46,132 nt of DNA from an uncultured Burkholderiales bacterium. GTDB lineage: Bacteria; Pseudomonadota; Gammaproteobacteria; Burkholderiales; SHXO01. Every line of letters begins with the position of its first letter. Position 1 is the first letter of the stretch. The stretch is taken from the NCBI GenBank assembly GCA_964570955.1, contig CAZNBS010000005.1:1-46132 (forward strand), read 5' to 3'. Shown piece after piece: positions 8,212 to 17,239 of this stretch. The position numbers were made by a program, and so were the translations under genes. The notes beneath the pieces are model-generated. The model ran no database searches and was not told the DNA's origin. It saw only the letters and a list, made by a program, of their open reading frames with translations.

Positions 8212-8341
8212 GTGCGCACCCTTGCCTGAGGCCGCGTGCCGACGACCGTATGAGAATAGTGCGGCGGTCGTTCGGCGATGGCGAGTGGCCGGTCGTCTTG
8301 CCTGGAAGGCGAATAACCGGGCATCGCCAGGGCCACTACTG

Positions 8342-9106
8342 CTACTTCACCGCTAGAAGCCGAGCAAGTTGTCCCGCCGTCGCGTTCAGAGCCGGCAGCA
8401 ACTCCTTCACGATCTTCGGGTACGTGTAGGCGGAGGTCGTGAACGAGACCGTCAGCGCGAACTTCTGCCCGCGCGGAGTCACCAGGGGAATCCCGACCGC
8501 GCCGTAACCGAGGCTGAGCTGGTCTTCGACCACCTCGTAGCCGCGCTCGGCCGCATCGACGATCGCCTTGACGAGGCGCGGGCGGTTGACCAGCGTTTTC
8601 GGAGTGAGCTTCTCGAGAGGCATCGTCGCGACGAACGCGCGCACGTCTGCATAGGTGGCTCCGATCAGCACGCGCCCCATGGCAGTGCAATGCGCGGGCA
8701 GTCGCATCCCCACGTGCAGGTTCATCGTGACGAGTCGGCTCTTCTCGGCGTGCGCGACGTTGCGGCCGACGATCACGACCTTGTTTCCGTCGAGCACCGC
8801 GAGATTCACGGCGCCGCCGGTTCGATCGGCGAGCGCCTGCATTTCCGGGCCGGCGACGACCGGAAGGGACATGCTGGTCAGTGCCGCGTAGCCGAGCTCC
8901 AGCACCAGCGGCCGCAGTTGATATCGCTTTAGCGATTCGTCGAAATCCAGGTAGCCCTCGTCCTGGAGCGTCTGCAGAAAGCGAAGGCAGGTGGCCTTCG
9001 TCAGGTCCACACGCCTGGCAAGTTCGGTCAGGCTCGGCTGGGGGAGGTCGTTGAACGCCCGGAGGATCCCCAGGCCTCTGGAAAGGGATCTGTTGGTCTT
9101 CAGCAA
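8342..9106 (-). CDS. IclR family transcriptional regulator
   Basis: N-terminal winged HTH (SLSRGLGILRAFNDLPQPSLTELARRVDLTKATCLRFLQTLQDEGYL) followed by an IclR effector domain. Divergent from the 9287-16210 gene set. Confidence 0.9.
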   Translation of the reverse strand: MLKTNRSLSRGLGILRAFNDLPQPSLTELARRVDLTKATCLRFLQTLQDEGYLDFDESLKRYQLRPLVLELGYAALTSMSLPVVAGPEMQALADRTGGAVNLAVLDGNKVVIVGRNVAHAEKSRLVTMNLHVGMRLPAHCTAMGRVLIGATYADVRAFVATMPLEKLTPKTLVNRPRLVKAIVDAAERGYEVVEDQLSLGYGAVGIPLVTPRGQKFALTVSFTTSAYTYPKIVKELLPALNATAGQLARLLAVK

Positions 9107-9235
9107 GGTGGATGTCCTCTAGCGTCTCCCGTGGCAGCGCTGTCCGGGCAACGCATTTCCGGCGCGGCGACGCTGCATCGCGGCAAGGATATGCGCTTGC
9201 GCGGATCTTTCAAGGCGCTTATGATGACATCAAAA

Positions 9236-9261
9236 TGAACCGTAGGTTCACCAAGTGAACC
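9236..9261. promoter_or_regulatory. candidate IclR operator (palindrome plus third half-site)
   Basis: TGAACC-GTA-GGTTCA is a perfect 6-3-6 inverted repeat at 9236-9250, followed by GTGAACC at 9255-9261. It lies in the AT-richer divergent intergenic region between the IclR gene and the SCP2-like gene. Confidence 0.35.
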
Positions 9262-9286
9262 TTTTCTCCAACAGGTTGCTCCAGCA

Positions 9287-9691
9287 GTGCAAACCCCTGC
9301 AACGCCGGATCCGAACGCCGGCCCGCTCTACGTCGGTCTGTCCCGGTTCGCGCGCCTGTGGAGCGCGCAGAGAGGTCGACTTGTGTCTGCGCGGCTGGAA
9401 GGGGCGCTGGGCCGGGCGATTCGCTGCGAGTCGACGACGGGTGAGATCGTCGAATTCTCTCTGCGCCGGGCGCAACTCGATTTCGAGCCGGAAGGCTCCC
9501 CGCGAATGCCGCACGCGACGATCCGGATGAATCCGAAGGACTGGTCGCGAGTCTTCACCGGAGAGCTTCACGTAATGGCGATCATTCTCGCGGGGCGAGC
9601 CCCGTTTCCGAAGGACCAGAGACGCCTGCTGATGCAGTTCTCGATGCTGCTTCAGACGACCATGCTGTCCGGGACGGCTGGCAATGAGTAG
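9287..9691 (+). CDS. SCP2 sterol-carrier-like domain protein
   Basis: 134 aa. The C-terminal WSRVFTGELHVMAIILAGRAPFPKDQRRLLMQFSMLL resembles the SCP2 C-terminal pattern (G-x-l-x...G-k-l-x-i-x-G-d...). GTG start. The stop overlaps the next start (ATGAGTAG). Confidence 0.4.
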   Translation: MQTPATPDPNAGPLYVGLSRFARLWSAQRGRLVSARLEGALGRAIRCESTTGEIVEFSLRRAQLDFEPEGSPRMPHATIRMNPKDWSRVFTGELHVMAIILAGRAPFPKDQRRLLMQFSMLLQTTMLSGTAGNE

Positions 9692-11117
9692 CGCGGCGCC
9701 GCGACCGACGGTGTCGGGCGATGCCACGGCGCAGCAGAGCCCGGCCGTCACCGAGGCTTACGCGCGCTTTGCGCTCGAATTGACGTTCGAGGACATCCCC
9801 GCGGATGTCGTCGAGATCGCGCGCGAGCAGATTCTGGCGACGATCGGATCCTGTTATGCAGGCAGCAAGATGCCGAGCGCCGCGCGGATTGCCGCGGGCC
9901 TGAGAATCCTTGGGGCCGGCGAGACGGCGACCTTGCTGGGTGCACCGGGTCGCATGCCAGCCCCGTCGGCCGCACTGTACAACTCGGCAGTGGCGCAGAT
10001 CATCGAGTGGGACGACTGGGTCATCATCAGTCACACCGGCGCTGCGGTCGTCCCGACAGCGCTCGCGGTGGGCGAGATGGTCGGAGCGCCGGGGCGGGAG
10101 ATCGTCACGGCGGTCGTGATCGGCAACGAGATCAACGGTCGCACGTCGCGGGCGATCCAGAAGGGCGCCTACGTCGGAAATTCGATGCCGAATCACCAGA
10201 TCGAGTCGCCGCTTCTGGCGAGCCGTCTTCTCGGACTGAATGTGATCCAGGCACGACGCGCCGTGAGCCACTCGGGCTTCCTTGCCATGGAGAGTTGTCC
10301 GATCGGCTGGATGAGCGACAGCAAGGTGCTCTGCAACGGCCTGCCGGCGATGTGGGGCATCGTCGCGGCTTCACTTGCGAAGGAGGGGCTCGTCGGCAAT
10401 CTCGACATGATCGAACATCCCGCCGGCCTGCTGAGCACCGTGTCGGAGGTCGTCGATCAGGCGGAACTCCTGAAGGACCTGGGACGGGAATGGTATACGC
10501 GGACGTTGAACACCAAGCGCCATCCGTCGTGCGCCTACAACCTCGCTGCGATCGAATGCGCGATCGCCCTCGAGGCGCGCATTCCGGACTTCGATCCGCT
10601 TCGCGTGAGCAAGCTCGAGATCGAGGGACCGGGGGTCATGCTCTACGTCGCTTCGCGCTTCCAGGCGCTCGATCCCGACGTCTACGAGCAGGTCCGGCAG
10701 GAGGCGATCACTCATGTCGCGCTCTGCTTCGATGCCGGCTACGGGATCATGGCTTCGCTGGTCGATGGCGAACTCGGATACCGCCAGTACCTGAATGACC
10801 GGATCTTCTCCGACGAGGTGCGGCATCTGCGCTCGCGCATCGAGTTCCGCGCCGACCCGGTGATGCACGCCGCCTACTACGCAGACTATCAGTACGGTGC
10901 GCGCGTGCGCGTGACCATGGACGACGGGCGCGTGTACGTGGAGGAGCGCAGGCAGCTTCTCGGCGCGAGGGACAGGCCGTTCGATCACGCCATCAAGTTC
11001 CGGGAGGGAGCCTCGGGACTGCTCGATCCGCAGAAGATCGAAGAGGCGATCGGGGCACTGCGCAGTCTGGAACATTGCGAGGACGTTCGCCACGTGACTC
11101 GCATTCTGGAAACGTGA
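9684..11117 (+). CDS. MmgE/PrpD family protein (2-methylcitrate dehydratase superfamily)
   Basis: 477 aa. N-terminal LTFEDIPADVVEIAREQILATIGSCYAGS is the usual MmgE/PrpD opening. Size and two-domain layout fit the family. Confidence 0.8.
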   Translation: MSSAAPRPTVSGDATAQQSPAVTEAYARFALELTFEDIPADVVEIAREQILATIGSCYAGSKMPSAARIAAGLRILGAGETATLLGAPGRMPAPSAALYNSAVAQIIEWDDWVIISHTGAAVVPTALAVGEMVGAPGREIVTAVVIGNEINGRTSRAIQKGAYVGNSMPNHQIESPLLASRLLGLNVIQARRAVSHSGFLAMESCPIGWMSDSKVLCNGLPAMWGIVAASLAKEGLVGNLDMIEHPAGLLSTVSEVVDQAELLKDLGREWYTRTLNTKRHPSCAYNLAAIECAIALEARIPDFDPLRVSKLEIEGPGVMLYVASRFQALDPDVYEQVRQEAITHVALCFDAGYGIMASLVDGELGYRQYLNDRIFSDEVRHLRSRIEFRADPVMHAAYYADYQYGARVRVTMDDGRVYVEERRQLLGARDRPFDHAIKFREGASGLLDPQKIEEAIGALRSLEHCEDVRHVTRILET

Positions 11118-11131
11118 TCAGGGAGAGGGGA

Positions 11132-12310
11132 ATGAAGGAGTACGCGGATTTCGATGGCCTCGCCTTTGCGGTGACCTGGCCTCCGAACGTCACGTTCGGG
11201 GCGGGGGCCGTGGCGAGCCTCGGTGACCGTGCTCGCGCCATGGGGGGAAGGAAGGCACTGCTCGTTACCGATCCCGGTCTCGTGGCGATCGGCCTCGCCG
11301 ACAAGGTTGCAGGTTTCCTGCGCGCTTCGGGCATCGAGGCCGACGTCTTCGGAAAGGTCAAGCCGAATCCGACCATGGCCGAGGTCACCGAAGGTGTCGC
11401 GCGCGTGAGCAGCGGTGGGCACGACTTCATCGTTGCGCTGGGTGGTGGCAGTTCGATCGATGCGGCAAAGGTCATCTCGATGCAGTTGCTGTCAGGGCGC
11501 ACCATCCAGGAGATCGAGGCCAAGGGCGTCGACGATGCGCCCGGTAGGCCGCTGGGCTTCATTGCGGTTCCGACCACTGCCGGTACCGGTAGCGAGGCGA
11601 CGACCGGCGCCCTGGTGAAGGACGCGAGCGGAAAGAAGTACCTGGTACGCAGCGTTCGTTGCAGGCCGGCGCAGTCGATCCTCGATCCGGAGCTCACCCG
11701 CAGCGTCCCTGCCCGGATGACCGCATCGACCGGAATGGATGCGTTCATCCACGCGGTGGGCGCCTACACCAATACGCAGGTGAACCCGATCGGCGACGTC
11801 TGCGCCCAGGAGGCGATCCGGCTCGTGAGCGGCAACCTCCTGCAAGCCATTGGGGACGGCAACGACCTGTCGGCACGTAGCGCGATGATGCTGGCGAGCC
11901 ATCTTGCCGGGATTGCAATCTCGCAAAAGGGGAACGACGCAATCCACGGACTGAGCACCGCAGTCGAGTCGATGGTCGACTGCACGCACGGCGAGAGCCT
12001 GAGCGCATTGATGCCGCACATCCTTCGCTTCAACCACGAGGCTGCGGCGCCGCGCTATGCGCAGATTGCCCGGCTGATGGGGCGCGACGTTGCCGGAAGA
12101 ACCGTCATGCAGGCTGCAGCGGTCGGGATCGAGGCAATGATCGAGCTTCGGGATGCGGCGGGCACGTGCCGCGCCCTGCGCGAGATTGGCGTGAAGCCGG
12201 AGATGGCGGAGCGCCTGACGGAACTGGCCGCCAAGGGACGTTCCACGCTGATCAACTGCCGAAAGCCCGATCGGGAGCAAATCGCCGCGCTCTACCAGGC
12301 GGCGATCTGA
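11132..12310 (+). CDS. iron-containing (group III) alcohol dehydrogenase
   Basis: VALGGGSSIDAAKV glycine-rich NAD motif, GxxH/His-rich metal region (AFIHAVGAYT, HGLS, THGESL). Start at ATG 11132 (MKEYADFDG) after GGGAGAGGGG. Confidence 0.85.
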   Translation: MKEYADFDGLAFAVTWPPNVTFGAGAVASLGDRARAMGGRKALLVTDPGLVAIGLADKVAGFLRASGIEADVFGKVKPNPTMAEVTEGVARVSSGGHDFIVALGGGSSIDAAKVISMQLLSGRTIQEIEAKGVDDAPGRPLGFIAVPTTAGTGSEATTGALVKDASGKKYLVRSVRCRPAQSILDPELTRSVPARMTASTGMDAFIHAVGAYTNTQVNPIGDVCAQEAIRLVSGNLLQAIGDGNDLSARSAMMLASHLAGIAISQKGNDAIHGLSTAVESMVDCTHGESLSALMPHILRFNHEAAAPRYAQIARLMGRDVAGRTVMQAAAVGIEAMIELRDAAGTCRALREIGVKPEMAERLTELAAKGRSTLINCRKPDREQIAALYQAAI

Positions 12311-12335
12311 CGATGCTTTCGTGGAGCAACGAGCG

Positions 12336-13805
12336 ATGAAGCGAGAGGATGTCCTTCGTTCCGCCCCCTATCCGATGCTCATCGGCGGCAAGGAGGTGGC
12401 GAGCCTTTCCGGCAAGACGTTCGCGTCTTGCGATCCTTCGAACGGCAGGAAGCTGGCCGACGTGTACGAAGCGGGCCCCGAGGACGTCGAGCGGGCGGTC
12501 GCCGCCGCGCATGAAGCCTTTCAGGGACCCTGGCGCAGCGTGCTTCCGAAGGACCGATCGCGGATGCTGATGAAGCTGGCCAGGCTGCTGGAGTCGAAGA
12601 TCGAGGCGATGTCGTGGCTGGAATGCTACGACGCCGGAAAACCCATCGCGGCTTCGAGGGCCTGGCTCAACGGGGCCCCGGGCACCCTCGAGTACTACGC
12701 CGGCATTCTGCTCGGGTTGGCGGGCGAGACGCTCGACGTTTCGGATCGTACGCTCTTCGACTACACGGTGCGCGAACCCCTCGGTGTCTGCGGCCTGATC
12801 GTTCCGTGGAACTTTCCGCTCAGCATCGCGCTGCTGAAGATGGCGCCGGCGCTGGCGGCGGGCAATTGCGTCGTCGTCAAGCCATCCGAAGTCACGCCGC
12901 TTTCGACGGTCGAACTCGGTACGCTGGTCGCGGAGGCCGGATTCCCGCCAGGCGTGGTGAACATCGTCAACGGCCCCGGAGATCCGGTCGGCATGGCGCT
13001 GGTCCGCGATCCGAGGGTCGCCAAGATCTCCTTTACCGGCGGTACCGTGACCGGCAAGGAGATCTTCCGCGAGGCCGCGTCGACGGTGAAGCGACTGACG
13101 CTCGAGCTCGGGGGCAAGTCGGCGTCGCTGGTTTTCTCCGATGCCGACCTGGGAAAAGCGGTAGGAGTTGCCTACAACGACATGGTTCGCAACTCGGGGC
13201 AGGTCTGCGGCGCCTGCACTCGCTTGCTGCTGCACGAGTCGATTGCCGACGCCTTCATCGAGGCATTGGCCGCCAAGCTGCGGCCGTTGCGAATCGGCCT
13301 TCCGGACGATCCGGCAACGGAGATGGGGCCGCTCGTCAGTCCTGTCCAGCTCGCCCGGGTGACCGACTACCTCGAGATCGGTCGCAACGAGGGTGCGCAC
13401 ATCGAGTCGTACTCCGATCCGCGTTCCCGCCCCGAGCTGGCAAGCGGGTGCTACATCGCGCCGACCCTGATCCAGGGGGCTACGAATGCGATGAGGGTGG
13501 CGAGGGAGGAGATCTTCGGGCCGGTGCTCACGGTGATCCGGTTCGGCTCGGAGGAAGAGGCCGTCCGGATCGCGAACGACTCGAGCTATGGCCTGGCCGC
13601 GTGCGTCTTCACCAGCGACGCGTCCAGGGCGATGCGCCTGACCCGTTCGCTCAGCGCGGGAACAGTCTGCGTGAACACGGGAGTTCGTTCGTCGGTCGAT
13701 GCGCCGTTCGGCGGGTTCCGCGAAAGCGGCCTCGGCAAGGAGCGAGGGAAGGAGGCCCTGCTGGACGACACGCAGATCAAGAACGTTCGCTACGGATTGG
13801 CTTGA
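12336..13805 (+). CDS. NAD(P)-dependent aldehyde dehydrogenase
   Basis: ALDH signatures LTLELGGKSA (catalytic Glu) and NSGQVCGACTR (catalytic Cys), plus EEIFGPV. GGAG lies 9 nt before ATG 12336. Confidence 0.9.
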   Translation: MKREDVLRSAPYPMLIGGKEVASLSGKTFASCDPSNGRKLADVYEAGPEDVERAVAAAHEAFQGPWRSVLPKDRSRMLMKLARLLESKIEAMSWLECYDAGKPIAASRAWLNGAPGTLEYYAGILLGLAGETLDVSDRTLFDYTVREPLGVCGLIVPWNFPLSIALLKMAPALAAGNCVVVKPSEVTPLSTVELGTLVAEAGFPPGVVNIVNGPGDPVGMALVRDPRVAKISFTGGTVTGKEIFREAASTVKRLTLELGGKSASLVFSDADLGKAVGVAYNDMVRNSGQVCGACTRLLLHESIADAFIEALAAKLRPLRIGLPDDPATEMGPLVSPVQLARVTDYLEIGRNEGAHIESYSDPRSRPELASGCYIAPTLIQGATNAMRVAREEIFGPVLTVIRFGSEEEAVRIANDSSYGLAACVFTSDASRAMRLTRSLSAGTVCVNTGVRSSVDAPFGGFRESGLGKERGKEALLDDTQIKNVRYGLA

Positions 13806-13844
13806 GGTCGTCGATACCGCTTCATACCGTCGAAGGAGGAGCAC

Positions 13845-14831
13845 ATGAAAGCGTTGCACAGGTACTTTGGGATCCTGCTGACTACCGCTGTCGCGCTGGC
13901 CGCCGGGGTGGGGCCGGTGCAGGCTCAGAACTATCCCGACAAGACCATCCACTTCGTCGTGCCGTGGCCGCCAGGGGGCGCAGCAGACATGATGGCGCGC
14001 CTGATCGGCGAAGGCATTGCCAAGGAGCTCGGGCAGAGTGTCGTCGTGGAGAACAAGCCGGGTGCCGGCGGCCTGATCGGCACCGAAGCGGTCGCACGCT
14101 CGGCCCCCGACGGCTACACGCTCGTGCTCGGGAGCACCGGCCCCAACTCGATCGCGGGGAGCCTCTACCGCAACCTGCGCTACGACCCGGCCAAGGACCT
14201 GGCGGGCGTGACCCAGATCACCGAGTTGCCGCTGCTGCTGATCGTCAATGCGTCGCTGCCGGTGAACTCGGTGGGCGAGCTGATCGACTACGCGAAGAAG
14301 AATCCGGGCAAGCTCAATTTCGGATCGGTCGGTGCGGGTACTGCCCAGCACCTGACGTCCGAGATCTTCAAGGCGAAGGCCGGCCTCGACATGGTGCACG
14401 TGCCCTACAAGGGAAGCGCACCGGCGTTCACCGGGCTCGTCGGAGGGGAAGTCCAGATGCTCTTCGACAACATCCCCGCCTCCCAGGCGATGATCAAGGC
14501 GGGCAAGGTGAAGGCAATCGCGATCAGCAGCCGCAGTCGGTCGCCGGCGTTGCCCGACGTACCGACCGTCGCCGAGTCTGGCCTGCCGGGTTTCCACGTC
14601 GTGGCCTGGCAGAACGTCGCAGTGCCCGCGGGTACACCCCCCGCGATCGTGCAGCGGCTCAACAGGGAAATCGTCAAGTTCATCAACACCGACGCGATGC
14701 GCAAGCGACTCACGGACATGGGCGCGAACGTCGTCGGCAACACGCCGGAACAGGAAGCGCAGAGGATCCGCGACGAAGTGGCGCAGTGGGGTGCGGCAGT
14801 CGCCGCCGCGGGCGTCAAGCTGGACTACTAG
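13845..14831 (+). CDS. Bug family (TctC-like) tripartite tricarboxylate transporter substrate-binding protein
   Basis: Signal peptide, then PDKTIHFVVPWPPGGAADMMARLIGE and VPYKGSAPAFTGLVGGEVQM, the hallmark Bug motifs. GAAGGAGGA RBS. Confidence 0.9.
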   Translation: MKALHRYFGILLTTAVALAAGVGPVQAQNYPDKTIHFVVPWPPGGAADMMARLIGEGIAKELGQSVVVENKPGAGGLIGTEAVARSAPDGYTLVLGSTGPNSIAGSLYRNLRYDPAKDLAGVTQITELPLLLIVNASLPVNSVGELIDYAKKNPGKLNFGSVGAGTAQHLTSEIFKAKAGLDMVHVPYKGSAPAFTGLVGGEVQMLFDNIPASQAMIKAGKVKAIAISSRSRSPALPDVPTVAESGLPGFHVVAWQNVAVPAGTPPAIVQRLNREIVKFINTDAMRKRLTDMGANVVGNTPEQEAQRIRDEVAQWGAAVAAAGVKLDY

Positions 14832-14875
14832 CGGTTGCCGCTGCGACGAATGCGCCGAGCCGCCGTTGCCTTGCC

Positions 14876-16210
14876 ATGACGCGAACGATCGTCGAGCCCG
14901 AACGACGCACGCCAGTCCTGGGTGAACCGCAAGTCCTGGTCGTGGGTGGCGGCGCGGCCGGAATCGCTGCCGCGTGTGCGGCGGCCCGCAGCGGGGTCGA
15001 GACGCTTCTGATCGAGCGCTTCGGATTCCTTGGCGGTACCCTGACCGCCGTCACGCTGGGCGGTTTCTGCGGCACGCATGCAATCGTCGACGACTCGCGA
15101 CTGGCGCGCGTCGTCGGCGGGTTGTACCTGGACCTGGAGGATCGCCTTCGCAAGCGACACGCGGTATCCGATCCGGTCCGCCACGGTCGCATCTTGGGGG
15201 TGCCTTACGACTCGGTCTGCCTGAAGCTGGTCGCTGACGAGATGGTTGCCGGACAAGGGGTGACGACGCTCCTGCACACGCATGTCGTCGGCGTGCGTCG
15301 CGAAGGCAACCGGGTCGACGCAGTCATCGTCGAGAACAAGGGCGGAAGGGCGGCGATCTGCCCGCGCGTCGTCGTCGATTGCTCGGGCGACGGAGACGTC
15401 GCGGCGTTCGCCGGCGCCGACTACGCGCTCGGCGATGATGGACGAACGCAGGCGGGTTCCACGATGTTTCGCCTCGCCGGAGTCGACACGACAATTGCCG
15501 GCAGTCTGACGCGCCCGCAGATTCGCGAGCTGCTCGAGCGTGCCGTGAGCGAGGGCTATCCGCTTCCGAGGACGGCCACGGGCGTGCACGTCAACCCGAT
15601 CGAAGGCGTCGTGCACCTGAATGTCACGCGACTCGGGCGCCCCGACGGCAGCGCCTACGACCTCACGAACCCGCAAGACCTCACCGAGGCCGAGCGTGTC
15701 GGACGGGCGCAGGCGTTTGTCTACGAGGAGGTGTTCCGGCGCTACATCCCGGGTTTCGAGAGAGCGCGCATCGTCGACATCGGCGCGACGGTAGGAATTC
15801 GCGAAACGCGGCTGGTCAAGGGCGAAGAGGTCTTGACGGAAGAAGCAGTGAGGAACTGCGTCAAGCCGAAAAGCCGGATCGCCTGCACGTCCTGGCCGCT
15901 GGAGACGCACCAGGGAGGCAGAGGGACGACCTGGGAGTTCCTGCCCGACGGAGACTACTACGGCATTCCGTACGGTTGCCTGGTCGTGAGTGGCCTGGAG
16001 AACGTCTTCGTTGCTGGCAGGAATCTGTCTGCGACGCACGCGGCGCAAGCGTCGGCGCGAGTGGCGGGGCCGTGCTTCGCGATGGGCGAGGCGGCCGGCG
16101 TTGCGGCCGCGATGGCTGCCCGGGGCAATGTTCGCAGCACGGACGTCCCGATCGGCGAACTGCAGCGCGTTCTGGAGCGGCAGGGGGCGATCCTGACACC
16201 AGCGCTATGA
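14876..16210 (+). CDS. FAD-dependent oxidoreductase (FAD_oxidored/GIDA-like family)
   Basis: VLVVGGGAAGIAAACAAARSGVETLLIERFGFLGGTLT dinucleotide-binding fold. It is the C-terminal third of the artefactual 12614..16210 track ORF. ATG 14876 gives 444 aa. Confidence 0.8.
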   Translation: MTRTIVEPERRTPVLGEPQVLVVGGGAAGIAAACAAARSGVETLLIERFGFLGGTLTAVTLGGFCGTHAIVDDSRLARVVGGLYLDLEDRLRKRHAVSDPVRHGRILGVPYDSVCLKLVADEMVAGQGVTTLLHTHVVGVRREGNRVDAVIVENKGGRAAICPRVVVDCSGDGDVAAFAGADYALGDDGRTQAGSTMFRLAGVDTTIAGSLTRPQIRELLERAVSEGYPLPRTATGVHVNPIEGVVHLNVTRLGRPDGSAYDLTNPQDLTEAERVGRAQAFVYEEVFRRYIPGFERARIVDIGATVGIRETRLVKGEEVLTEEAVRNCVKPKSRIACTSWPLETHQGGRGTTWEFLPDGDYYGIPYGCLVVSGLENVFVAGRNLSATHAAQASARVAGPCFAMGEAAGVAAAMAARGNVRSTDVPIGELQRVLERQGAILTPAL

Positions 16211-16302
16211 GAACAATGAACTCGCAGCCGAGCCGGCACGGATCGGGCCTGTGACGAGCAGCCTGGCCGAACAGCAGATCAGGCCGCAGGCAGGTGCTCG
16301 AT

Positions 16303-16327
16303 CGCCGAACGCGCCCCGCGTTCGGCG
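16303..16327. terminator. GC-rich hairpin between convergent genes
   Basis: CGCCGAACGCG-CCC-CGCGTTCGGCG, an 11-bp perfect stem. It lies 3 nt beyond the stop of the minus-strand DsrC-like gene and 92 nt beyond the plus-strand oxidoreductase. There is no clear U-tract. Confidence 0.4.
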
Positions 16328-16330
16328 ACG

Positions 16331-16696
16331 TTACGCCACGCTCCCGAACCCCAGGTCCACCGAACCCGCCGGTGGCTCGAGCCCGGCAAGCCGGCAGCCC
16401 TGCGCGATCGGTCCGCCGGGCAGCAGGCTGTAGAGGTACTTGATGCCGCCCTTATAGTGGAACTTTTCGTCGAGGGCGTCGCTCAGGTCGCGCAGGTGGA
16501 GCGGCTCGTCCTCGTGGCGGGCGAAGAACTCCTGAAGCCCGCGCACGACGGCCCAGTGATCGTCGCCGAGGATCAGGTGCTCCTGTTGGGCGATCTGCTC
16601 TGCTCTCGCGCGTGTCCAGTCGGGCGGCGCGTGCGGAAAGCCCGGCGCGGCGGGCTCTCTCTGGACGGGCTGGAACGCGTCCTGAATGCTCGTCAT
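16331..16696 (-). CDS. DsrC/TusE family sulfur-relay-like protein, atypical C-terminal arm
   Basis: 121 aa. W-x-x-x-x-A-x-x-IA, HWAVVRGLQEFF, KGGIKYLYSLLPGGPIAQGCRLAGLEPPAGSV parallels TusE/DsrC (...YLYxLFPxGPxKQxxKIAGLPKPxxC-V/I). Start is ATG 16694-16696 with an AGGTGA RBS. Confidence 0.8.
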   Translation of the reverse strand: MTSIQDAFQPVQREPAAPGFPHAPPDWTRARAEQIAQQEHLILGDDHWAVVRGLQEFFARHEDEPLHLRDLSDALDEKFHYKGGIKYLYSLLPGGPIAQGCRLAGLEPPAGSVDLGFGSVA

Positions 16697-17239
16697 GATG
16701 GTCACCTGCAGAAACGAGCTGTGGAATCGAGAAGTATCCTCCTCGACGCAAGGCCTGCCAAGCTCCAGTGCAGTCGCACAGAGAAAAGGAACATGCCGGC
16801 ACTCTGCGTGCCGCAACCTGACAGGCAGAGGCGTGCGGATGCGCCAGGCCGAATTGCATCGGACCGGGCGAGATCGCGCGTTGATCGAGCAAGTCCGCAG
16901 CAAGGACGTGCATCGCAGCCGGGCGGTGAACCGGGCGCACACGCTGGCTTGCCTGCGCCGGGGTATCTCCGAGGCGCAGTTTCTGGCGTTGCTGGTAGTG
17001 GCGCGCCAAGGTCGTCCGCACATGTACGTCAGACACGGCCGTGGAAGTGCGGGTTGTTGTCCTGGCGAGCTCGGTGCCGCCCGAGGGGCGCAAGCGCTGG
17101 ATGATGGTCGAACACGAGCACGCCGCACGGACGCGGGCTTCCGCAAGTGGGGTTAGCGATCGTGAGACGGCGCGCCGCAATTCAGGAGGCGCCGTCTCCG
17201 AATCGAAGTCGTAGCTGAAAGCCCGTGGACGAAGCGACC

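Noticed and set aside
12252-14597. 781-aa minus-strand ORF, and the first ~750 codons of the 1198-aa plus-strand ORF 12614..16210
   Set aside because: Both overlap the well-supported ALDH and Bug genes and have Arg/Gly/Pro-rich composition with no motifs. Only the last 444 codons of 12614..16210 (from ATG 14876) form a recognisable FAD oxidoreductase.
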